Source: an uncultured Pseudomonadota bacterium
GTDB lineage: Bacteria; Myxococcota_A; Bradymonadia; Bradymonadales; GCA-2716585
Assembly: GCA_937123825.1 (NCBI GenBank)
Contig: CAKZKQ010000402.1
Coordinates: 922 to 64,921, forward strand
Direction of reading: 5' to 3'
DNA: 64,000 nucleotides
Made by a program: the position numbers and the translations under genes. This document shows positions 37,701 through 44,960 of the stretch, piece after piece. How positions within the stretch are numbered: position 1 is the stretch's first letter; each line of letters starts with the position of its first letter. A model generated the notes under the pieces. That model did no database searches. It worked only from the letters and a program-made list of their open reading frames with translations, and was not told the DNA's origin.

Positions 37701-38941
37701 ACAGCAGCCGGGGCGACATCAAAGGGGCCATGGTCCGCCCCCAGCCGCTCATCCCCCAATGCTGCCAGGACCCCAGACCGGCGCACATGGTCCAGGCCGA
37801 CTTCTTTGTCCTGGCCATCCCCATGCGGGCCGCCCAGGCGCTCGTCCGCCGCCTGATCCGTGACCATCAACACCATTGGAGCCCCCCGGCAGGCGGCGAC
37901 CTTGACCAACTCTACCGCTACAACGTGCCCAACTCCGAAGCCTGGATGAGCGGCATCCAATACTACCTGCGCAACGACGTCCCCATCGTCCGTGGCGGTC
38001 ACATCTACTACCCCGACTCGCCGTGGGGCCTCTCATCCGTCTCCCAGGCTCAGTTCTGGGACCGCCAACTGGAGTTGACCTACGGGGTCCGCGGGGTGGT
38101 CTCGGTGGTGGTCGGCGACTGGGAAAAACCGGTGCCGCTCAACCCTCCAGGCGCCGCCACAAAGTGGTGGCATCACAGTCAGGTCCCCGGCAAGACCGCC
38201 CGGCAGTGCACGCCCGATGAGCTGGCCCGCGAGGTCTGGCGTCAGATCAACCTCTCCGCCAACGGCCAGGACCTCATCGAGCGGCGCGAGGTTCGAGGCC
38301 GCACCGACCTGCCCGAACCCCTCTACTACCACCTGGACGACGACCTGAACTTTGACGGCCCGCTGATTGAGACCCGGCGGCGTTACCTCATCTCGCCGGT
38401 TGGCCAGTGGAAGCACCGCCCGGGGCGCCTCAACGCCACAGAAGGCTACGAGCTTCAGACCCACAACCTGGTCCTGGCGGGCAACTTCATGAAGACGTTT
38501 ACGCGACTGACCACCATGGAGTCGGCCAACGAGTCGGGCCGCCACGCCGCCAACGCCATCCTCTCATCGCCCAGGGCGTGTTTTGACGGGGAGCGCTGCG
38601 CGATCTACCCGCTTGAGCGCTGGGAGCCCGCAGACGCCATCGCCGCCAAACGGCTCGACAAGCTCCTCTTTGACGCAGGCCTGCCCCACATGTTCGACAT
38701 CCTGAGACTGATGGACGTTGTCGACACCTGGACCCCCGACCACCCGCGCATGACGTTGACGCGCTTTGCCAACAAACACGCCATGCCACCGACCTTGCGG
38801 AGCCTCTTGTTGCGCTACGCCGAGCGGATCGACGCCTTTTACCGCGAGGTCGAGCTGCGACCGCGCGATGGAGACCTCACCGACCACGCCTCGGCGCTCA
38901 TCTCGCTCATCAACCGCTTTTTGCCGCTGGGTTCAGGCTGA
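34721..38941 (+). CDS. FAD-dependent desaturase / amine-oxidase (PDS/CrtI/HpnE-like) with a WD40 beta-propeller region of roughly 900 aa inserted after the dinucleotide-binding motif
   Basis: N-terminal VAVFGAGVTGLTVAHELVERGFEVHVYEKDRVIGGMAA (Rossmann GxGxxG). WD40 blocks (GHVKIWDL, DGSVALWSV, DNTVKLWDLSDG). Then EHGFRFFPAFY (compare EHGLHIFFGAY of PDS/ZDS), and C-terminal ESANESGRHAANAIL. AGGAG RBS. Confidence 0.85.
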   Translation: MAHQGKKKRVAVFGAGVTGLTVAHELVERGFEVHVYEKDRVIGGMAATQYSTHPTHGCEPVECEPCQDKHPCPTHTMTRVARAGRPLQVLAFSTPEEAGTTRKPHAAEASTLLVGGSVGISVWRVDTGRRVATFGDREEITAVAIDTNERWIATGDQRGHVKIWDLKKRKRVACHRPEGNPGQVHSVGIAFDADIQTITAVATYSQCEVTLEVNLLAMVDGTGCEPSQVPVAHWQPPQCAQVGTAFAYKDQTFELCPKDDDPALPRRTFEIPELPDAVAFMDVAPDGRFVAFGDQEGHVMVAQIDGDDLRIHQGPLETSLELRSVHLLGGNKVVLLRYQSGLLEWRDFDDLSVVLQSRDLSITSLFEDFRLQPALMDSALSEDDRLYAAGYSDGSVALWSVEGEQIWLKPVGEDSVQPRALPGIQAQQTEQDTLLLRTGMEAAYHFVGVSSQEDRLLSVIFATDRQGQLNMQARVWEVSTGTHQAEFSNTLTELLAENLSELPSSFERVKLSLSGRSGSLTIDMMLLGNEKFQRQTIGLAAKTRAQTQQRPVFQNAAARQSDCDPCKLLEDPCLQTTALVAMDDGTTLVGRVDGSVRWSLGSMDAPTLPHGTVTAVDAIAHTQNGRDLVQVALGHEDGTLLWLTYEKLTNTLSGSAPPRLALRAERPHRLHDGPITALTIIRNPSDSRNPVYGIVTGGQDRRLRGLDLVNNAAFSLASNHEGPITSIVYRKIPMVAARSLSFGALNWRSSYEVAVGSRDIIDRDNTVKLWDLSDGMEILTYEPHPWKPLPGEHGFRFFPAFYRHVFDTMERTRLRADRHRTQADNMVATTNQGIALQDGLLSFEFVRKREPSVEATIRTVHQAMAGLGYTYGDIERFKVKTLQFMTACSARRQTYEEISWWDFVEAERFSPQTQQALNTVPRVLVAMDAIRGDALTQGLVMLQLLMDQGSDGEHTDRVLNGPSSEAWFNHWQDYLEDRGVHFHLNTAIETLLLDSSRGDIKGAMVRPQPLIPQCCQDPRPAHMVQADFFVLAIPMRAAQALVRRLIRDHQHHWSPPAGGDLDQLYRYNVPNSEAWMSGIQYYLRNDVPIVRGGHIYYPDSPWGLSSVSQAQFWDRQLELTYGVRGVVSVVVGDWEKPVPLNPPGAATKWWHHSQVPGKTARQCTPDELAREVWRQINLSANGQDLIERREVRGRTDLPEPLYYHLDDDLNFDGPLIETRRRYLISPVGQWKHRPGRLNATEGYELQTHNLVLAGNFMKTFTRLTTMESANESGRHAANAILSSPRACFDGERCAIYPLERWEPADAIAAKRLDKLLFDAGLPHMFDILRLMDVVDTWTPDHPRMTLTRFANKHAMPPTLRSLLLRYAERIDAFYREVELRPRDGDLTDHASALISLINRFLPLGSG

Positions 38942-41900
38942 GTCGCCGTCGTAAAGCGGCATAAAGACCGCCGCCATCTTGTCGGGCGCGGCGATCTCCT
39001 GCTGGCGCATCCAGGTTCGGGCCTGCGCCGCCATCTCGCGCCCTGCCCCATCGCCTTGGAGTTGACCCAACCACAAACGCCCCGAGGCCGCGTGCAGGTG
39101 CATGTCCAGGGCCTCAAAACCCTCAATGGCCTCGCGCAGACAGGATTGTGTGGCCTGGAGGTCACCGCCCAGACACTGCACCGAGGCTTCGAGCGCCGCC
39201 CCCAACGGCATGGACCAGTCGCTGGGCTCTTTGCGCAGGCGCGCGGCCGCTCGACGCGCAGCACGCGTCATCGACGCACGGCTCTTGGACTCAGCGTGGG
39301 CAACAGCAGCGCAAAGGCGGCCGTGGAGTTCGATCAGTTCGGCGCGCGGGCTCTCCAACTGCATGAAACCCGCGCGGCGCAGCTTTGGCATCCTGCTTTG
39401 ACACAACTCCAGCGCTTGCGGCGCCGAACCACGCACATAGAGTGATGCCTGGGCCACAGCGAGCAGGTGTAGGTAGTGGGCGAGACTGGTGTCTTTGAGC
39501 GTCCAGCGCTCTAGGGCCTGATTGGCTTGGTCCAGGGCTTTTTGGGGCTCGTCGCTGGCCAACCAGATGGCGTTGGGCACTCCCAGCGGCAAGCCCAGTT
39601 CGGTCATCAGGTCGCCGCGTTCTCTGGCGTCGTTGAGCAAACCGGGCATGCGCCGGGCCACGTCTCCAAGGCGGCCCTGACGAGTGAGGGTCGCGTTGAT
39701 GAAGCTCTCACAACTGGCGATCTCCCAGGAGACCCCGTGGCACTCTTTGCGGAAGGTGTCGATGGCCTTTTGCACAAAGGCTTCGCTGCGCGTCCACTGG
39801 GTCCACATGTAGGCCACCGTGCCTGTGGCCATGTCTGTCCAGGCCCGGTCGTAGGGCTTGCCAGTTTGGGCGGCCAGCGTCCGGGCCTGCTCCAACAGCG
39901 CCTCGGCTTTGTCCTTGCGCGCGCCGCTGCCCTGGGTGGCCAGGAAGTGGGCCTCAAAGGCCAGCCCGCGCACCAACCTTGAGGGCTCCCCCAGATCGAG
40001 CGCCTCGCGCAGGTGCAAGACCGCCAGCGCGTGACCAAGCAAGGGGTCGATGGTGGAAAAGCTTGAAGAAGCGCTCCAGCAGGCGTCCAGACGTGCCAGT
40101 TTATCGGGCTCAACCGCCTCAACCTGACGCAACTCGTACTTCAAACCACGGACCTTGAGGCGCGTGCGTTGGTAGAGCACCGCCGCCAGGGTCGAGGCAG
40201 CGCTGGACGGCATCGAAATGCCCACCGCAGCGAGCGCCTGACGCATCAATCTGGCACCGCGCTCCACATGACCGGCGCGCAAATACTGCTCGGCGGCGCG
40301 CCCCACCAGCCCCTGACGCCAACCCTCGGCTCCGTCCGGGGCGCACTCCAGTGCTTCTTCATACATCTTGGCCGCCTCAAACCCTCGTCCGGCCGACGCC
40401 AACACATCTCCAAGCGCCTCAAGCAGTTCATGACGGGGGGCTGGCAACGTTTCAAAGGCCAAAGCCCGGCGATAAAAGGCCGCCGCTTGCTCAAAGGCCA
40501 ACGTCGCGCGGGCCTTGGTGGCGGCCTTCAGCGCCCATCCAGCAGCCTTCTGGAGGTTTCCGCAAGCCTCAAAATGGTGCAAGAGCGCGTGGGGCTCGGT
40601 GTCGGGCCGATCCACCAACGCCATCGCCAGTTGCGTGTGCCTGGAGACCGTATTTGTGTGGGGCGAGTGGCGTGCAAGCGCCTCACCTATCTTGTCGTGG
40701 TAGACATGCAGGCGCTCTTGTGGGCCTTGACCGCTGGTGCGCAGCAAGGAGAGCTTGCGCAGCCGCCCCACATCAAGCATGTCGATCAAACCATCCTGGC
40801 CAAAGCCCTTGAGGACGTCGCGCGGCAAGGGCTGGACGGCAAAGGCCACCAGCTCCATCAGCGCACGCGCGCTGGGCCCCAAACACGCCAGCCGGTCGAG
40901 GATGAGCGCGTCAAGAGAGTGGTCGGCTGGGCGCTCATCGGCCACCGAGGACACCCCAAGGGCCCGGTTCTGGACCAACTCGCGGATCCAGAACGGGCTG
41001 CCCTCGGCCTCCATCAAGAGCGTCTGGAGATCTTGATGGGCGTCGAGCTTGAGCGCCTCAAAGAGGTTTCGGGCAAGCTGCACGCTCAACTCGGCGGGCA
41101 GCGGCTCCAACTCAAGCTCCAGACAACGCGCCGGTGGCAGAACCGGCGAGGGGGGATCCAAGAGCGCCTGGAGCATGGCGCTTTGCTGGCGGTCTTCGCT
41201 GCGAAAAGACAAGAGCCACAGACAAGACAGCGCCGAGCCCGGCAAAAAGAGCTCGCGCATGATCCGCGCGCTGTCCATGTCCCCCCATTGGAGGTCGTCG
41301 ATCCACAAAATCAGGCGCCGCTGCGCGCACACGCACGCCATCAAGCGGCGCAGCGCCGTGGCCGCCCGACGCTGAAGGTCTTGTGGACGCTGAGACTCAA
41401 GCCATGCCTGTCCATCGAGCGCTTCGAAGGCTGGCACGGTGTCCATCACCGGAAACACACACGTCAGCGCGGCGATCCCTTCGGGCCCCACCGCCTCCAC
41501 CGCGCGCCGGGCCAGCGTTTTTTGCCCCAAAAGCGTCGCCAACCCGTCCAGCACCCCGTCCAGCGCCTTAAAGGGCATCATTTCCTGGGGATGGCAGCGG
41601 CTTCGGAGGATGGTCACGGTGTCGTCACTGCGATGCTGGCGCAAAAATTCGCGCACCAACTCGCTCTTGCCAAGCCCCGAGCGCCCCTGCACGCAGACCA
41701 CCGCCTGCTCACCCTGACGACAGCCCTCAAACGCCTTGGCGAGCACCCCCAACTCGCGCTCGCGGCCCACAAACGGGGCCTGCTGAATGACGGGAAAGAG
41801 GCCCGAGGTCAGACGCGCTGCGCTGCGCGCCAAAGGGGCTTGAAGTGGCCCCAGCGTTTGTTCATCGACCCACCGCAGCACCTCGTCTCTTCCCGCGCGC

Positions 41901-42904
41901 TCATTGGGGTCGATGCGCAGCAAATCCATCACAAGCTGCGCCAACGACTGCGGCAGCTCAGGACAAAGGGTCTGCACCGGCACTGGCTTCATGGTTGAAC
42001 GCGTGAGCATCAACTGCAACGGCGGACCGCTGACGGGCAGCCGCCCGGTCAACGCCTCATAGAGCAGCACCCCCACGCTGAACCAGTCCGACGCCGGCGT
42101 CAGCGCCACCTGCGAGGCCTGCTCTGGGGACATGTAGGCCGGCGTGCCCGCAATGGACTGCCAACGCTCATCGCCCTTGCCCTCGGCGTCGCTGAAAAAC
42201 TCCACCAGACCAAAGTCCAGCACCACCAGGCGCCCCTGGCGATCCACCAGAATGTTGGACGGTTTCAAGTCCCGGTGCAGCCGACCCGCGTCGTGCAACA
42301 CCGACAACCCCGACACAAGCTGGCGCAGGACAGACCCCACGCGCCCCATCAAAGCGTCATCAAACGCCATGGAGGGCCAACTTCCCGCTTGAATGGCACC
42401 GTCGGGCGGCCCAGGCAGGGTTGGCTGCGGCACCCAACCCGGCAAAGGGTAGCGCGCTGTGGACTGGGAACGCTGCTGGCTGTGGGGATCGGCGGTTTCA
42501 TCCAGACCGGACGCACCCGAGTTGTCCACGGTCGTGGCGGTGGTGTCGAGCGCTTCGTCCCCCGCGCTGGTCTGCTCACCGCGCAACCATGAACGAACGT
42601 TAACACCATCAACCAGCTCCATCGTAAAGAACTGATCCCGGCCATCGACCACCAGATCATAAAACTCCAGCAGGTTCCGATGGGTGATGTCCTGGAGCGA
42701 ACGAAACTCCCGCTTGAGCATCTGGGCGCTGGTGGGCTCGCGCCTCAAACGCTTGAGCGCCAACCACTTCGACGTCTCCAGATCATAGACCCTGTAAACC
42801 TCGCCCATGGCCCCGGAACCCAACCTCTGGGCCCGGCTATAACGCTCATCAAAGAGTGACGGCTTCATCCACCTCCGGCTGGTGTCGATGGGTTTGATGA
42901 ACAC
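38933..42904 (-). CDS. Ser/Thr protein kinase fused to an AAA/STAND ATPase and TPR repeats (1323 aa)
   Basis: LGSGAMGEVYRV, ALK, HRDLKPSNILV, DFG, SPEQ. P-loop VVCVQGRSGLGKSELV. Long C-terminal TPR/alpha-solenoid. Convergent 9-bp overlap with the desaturase gene. Confidence 0.85.
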   Translation of the reverse strand: MFIKPIDTSRRWMKPSLFDERYSRAQRLGSGAMGEVYRVYDLETSKWLALKRLRREPTSAQMLKREFRSLQDITHRNLLEFYDLVVDGRDQFFTMELVDGVNVRSWLRGEQTSAGDEALDTTATTVDNSGASGLDETADPHSQQRSQSTARYPLPGWVPQPTLPGPPDGAIQAGSWPSMAFDDALMGRVGSVLRQLVSGLSVLHDAGRLHRDLKPSNILVDRQGRLVVLDFGLVEFFSDAEGKGDERWQSIAGTPAYMSPEQASQVALTPASDWFSVGVLLYEALTGRLPVSGPPLQLMLTRSTMKPVPVQTLCPELPQSLAQLVMDLLRIDPNERAGRDEVLRWVDEQTLGPLQAPLARSAARLTSGLFPVIQQAPFVGRERELGVLAKAFEGCRQGEQAVVCVQGRSGLGKSELVREFLRQHRSDDTVTILRSRCHPQEMMPFKALDGVLDGLATLLGQKTLARRAVEAVGPEGIAALTCVFPVMDTVPAFEALDGQAWLESQRPQDLQRRAATALRRLMACVCAQRRLILWIDDLQWGDMDSARIMRELFLPGSALSCLWLLSFRSEDRQQSAMLQALLDPPSPVLPPARCLELELEPLPAELSVQLARNLFEALKLDAHQDLQTLLMEAEGSPFWIRELVQNRALGVSSVADERPADHSLDALILDRLACLGPSARALMELVAFAVQPLPRDVLKGFGQDGLIDMLDVGRLRKLSLLRTSGQGPQERLHVYHDKIGEALARHSPHTNTVSRHTQLAMALVDRPDTEPHALLHHFEACGNLQKAAGWALKAATKARATLAFEQAAAFYRRALAFETLPAPRHELLEALGDVLASAGRGFEAAKMYEEALECAPDGAEGWRQGLVGRAAEQYLRAGHVERGARLMRQALAAVGISMPSSAASTLAAVLYQRTRLKVRGLKYELRQVEAVEPDKLARLDACWSASSSFSTIDPLLGHALAVLHLREALDLGEPSRLVRGLAFEAHFLATQGSGARKDKAEALLEQARTLAAQTGKPYDRAWTDMATGTVAYMWTQWTRSEAFVQKAIDTFRKECHGVSWEIASCESFINATLTRQGRLGDVARRMPGLLNDARERGDLMTELGLPLGVPNAIWLASDEPQKALDQANQALERWTLKDTSLAHYLHLLAVAQASLYVRGSAPQALELCQSRMPKLRRAGFMQLESPRAELIELHGRLCAAVAHAESKSRASMTRAARRAAARLRKEPSDWSMPLGAALEASVQCLGGDLQATQSCLREAIEGFEALDMHLHAASGRLWLGQLQGDGAGREMAAQARTWMRQQEIAAPDKMAAVFMPLYDGDSA

Positions 42905-43069
42905 GGAATTTACCCTTTAAGCGCCTCGGTGTGAACCCCCCAAAGCCCATCGGCACAAACCACACAACATATAAATACATGATATCAAAAAGATTTTAAG
43001 CCCGATTGTAACGAGAACAAAGCAGCGCAAGAGGACTGCGTGGCGGGCCATTGCTGGGCCAAGAAATGG

Positions 43070-43109
43070 AAAAAGGATGATAAGGTGGTGAGCCTTGATC
43101 ATCCTTTTT
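43070..43109. terminator. Symmetric hairpin with flanking T/A runs (bidirectional terminator-like) in the PP2C / kinase intergenic region
   Basis: aaaaaggatgat / atcatccttttt form a perfect 12-bp stem with a 16-nt loop, inside an AT-rich 600-bp spacer. Confidence 0.3.
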
Positions 43110-43525
43110 CATGTTTTGCCTGGCTCTGTGCGGGGCCTTTGGTGAGGCCAACTTACGCCCGACCCACGAGGGGTCAGACATCGGGCCTGGGCAGACCACC
43201 AACGCACATGGCGCTGATGGGCTCTCCAAGCCCGCGCACAGGCACAGGCGTCAAACGTTAAGGTGAACCCGCACGGGGCCTGGGTGTTCGGGCTCTGACC
43301 TCCTGATTGAGGTCCCTCCGTCTGACACCCACACTCCATAGCGAAGAGCGTGCCATCCCAGATTTTAAGTTGGTTTTTTATGCCGACGCCCGGTTCATCG
43401 GGCTTCAAACGACAATCGGATCTGCACCGGCAATACGCGCAGGCAAGCTATAAACGCCCATTCACACCCCCCACTGTTAACGCAGGTTCACAGTGGCTTT
43501 GGAGGGGTCCCAAAAGGGTCCAAAA

Positions 43526-44803
43526 TCAGCCTCGGAAGCGGGTTTTGAAGTTGGAGAGCTCTTTGTTGAGGTCTTTGACCTCGACGGACAACTCGCGCAT
43601 GCGCCCGGCGACGTTTTGCAGAAAACACCACAGGAGTTTGACGGCCAGAGCGTGCTCTTCACGGACCAGACGGTTGAAGTCGTCGCGGACGATGGTCAGC
43701 AGCGTCACATCGGTGCGGGCCAGGATGCTGGCGCTGCGCGGGTGGTTGTCCAGCAGGGCCAACTCGCCAAAATGCCCGCCTGCGCCGATCGTCGTCAGAT
43801 ACTCCCCCTCAAGGGTGACGTCCACAGAGCCATCCACAACGACATAAAGCTCGTTGCCCGGGGCGCCCTCCTGAATGATGACGGCGCCGCGCGCGTGGCG
43901 CTCGGTGTAGATGATCCGCATCACGCGCAGCAGTTCTTGCTCGGTGAAGGTCTGGAAGAGGAAGAGCTTTTGCAAAAAGCGCAGGCGAGTCTCCAGATCA
44001 ACGCGATCGGGATTGGCGGCGGCCTCTTGCTGGTCGGTGACCTCGACCACGGCCACGGTGATGTTGTCTTCACCGCCGCGCTCGTTGGCCTCTTTGATGA
44101 GCACCTCGACCAACTCGCGCCCATCACCGCAGCCCTTGCTAAACGGCAGCAGCTCCTCGCCCTCGACATAGTTGTGCAGGCCGTCGCTGCACAGGACAAA
44201 GCGGTCGCCGGGCTCGGTTTGCACAAAGAGGGTGTCGATGTCGACGTGCGGCGAGCCGCCAAAAGAGCGCGTCAGGACGTTGGTGAAGGGGAAGTGGGTC
44301 AGGTCTTCCTGGTTGATGAGGCCGTCCTTGAGGAAGCGGTTGGCCAGGGTGTGGTCTTCGGTCAATTGGTAGGTCTGGTCGCCGCGCAAGAGGTAGGCGC
44401 GGCTGTCCCCGGCGTGGGCGATGAAGACGCCCTGCTCGACCATCACGATCACCACCCCCGTGGTGGCCATCCCCTCAAGGTCAGGGTTGTCCTGGGTGGC
44501 GCGGTAGATCGCCAGACCGGTCTGATCCACGATCTGCTCCAGCATGTGCAGGAGATCATCGCGCATCTCACGGTCGCTCTCGATTCGGTAGCGGGCAAAG
44601 GAGTCGGCGGCCGCTCGGATCCGCTGCTCAACCCCCTCGACAAAGAGGCGGCTGGCCACCTCGCCGTGCTTGTTGCCGCCCACGCCGTCGGCCACCACAA
44701 AGAGCCCCACGGGAGGGTGCGGCGGGCACAGGATCTTGAGGTTGTCCTCGTTGTTGCTGCGCTCGCGCCCGATGTCGCTCCTACCGTACGCCTTGATGTA
44801 CAT
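43526..44803 (-). CDS. PP2C-family Ser/Thr phosphatase fused to a C-terminal cyclic-nucleotide-binding domain
   Basis: GRSDIGRERSNNEDN, VADGVGG, FVLCSDGL, DNITV (PP2C). C-terminal FGELALLDNHPRSASILA plus the beta-roll of a cNMP-binding domain. Confidence 0.75.
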   Translation of the reverse strand: MYIKAYGRSDIGRERSNNEDNLKILCPPHPPVGLFVVADGVGGNKHGEVASRLFVEGVEQRIRAAADSFARYRIESDREMRDDLLHMLEQIVDQTGLAIYRATQDNPDLEGMATTGVVIVMVEQGVFIAHAGDSRAYLLRGDQTYQLTEDHTLANRFLKDGLINQEDLTHFPFTNVLTRSFGGSPHVDIDTLFVQTEPGDRFVLCSDGLHNYVEGEELLPFSKGCGDGRELVEVLIKEANERGGEDNITVAVVEVTDQQEAAANPDRVDLETRLRFLQKLFLFQTFTEQELLRVMRIIYTERHARGAVIIQEGAPGNELYVVVDGSVDVTLEGEYLTTIGAGGHFGELALLDNHPRSASILARTDVTLLTIVRDDFNRLVREEHALAVKLLWCFLQNVAGRMRELSVEVKDLNKELSNFKTRFRG

Positions 44804-44960
44804 ATTGCCGCTGAGCCCCAAAGTCTGATCCCAATCCAATCCATCAACGCCCTTTGCAACAATGCACAGGGACGACAAGCTCACCAGATCAGAGTGCCAA
44901 GAACTGATTCACGCTTCAGGTGCAGGTTAACACTGGCGCGCATAGGAAAAAAGACCGCGT

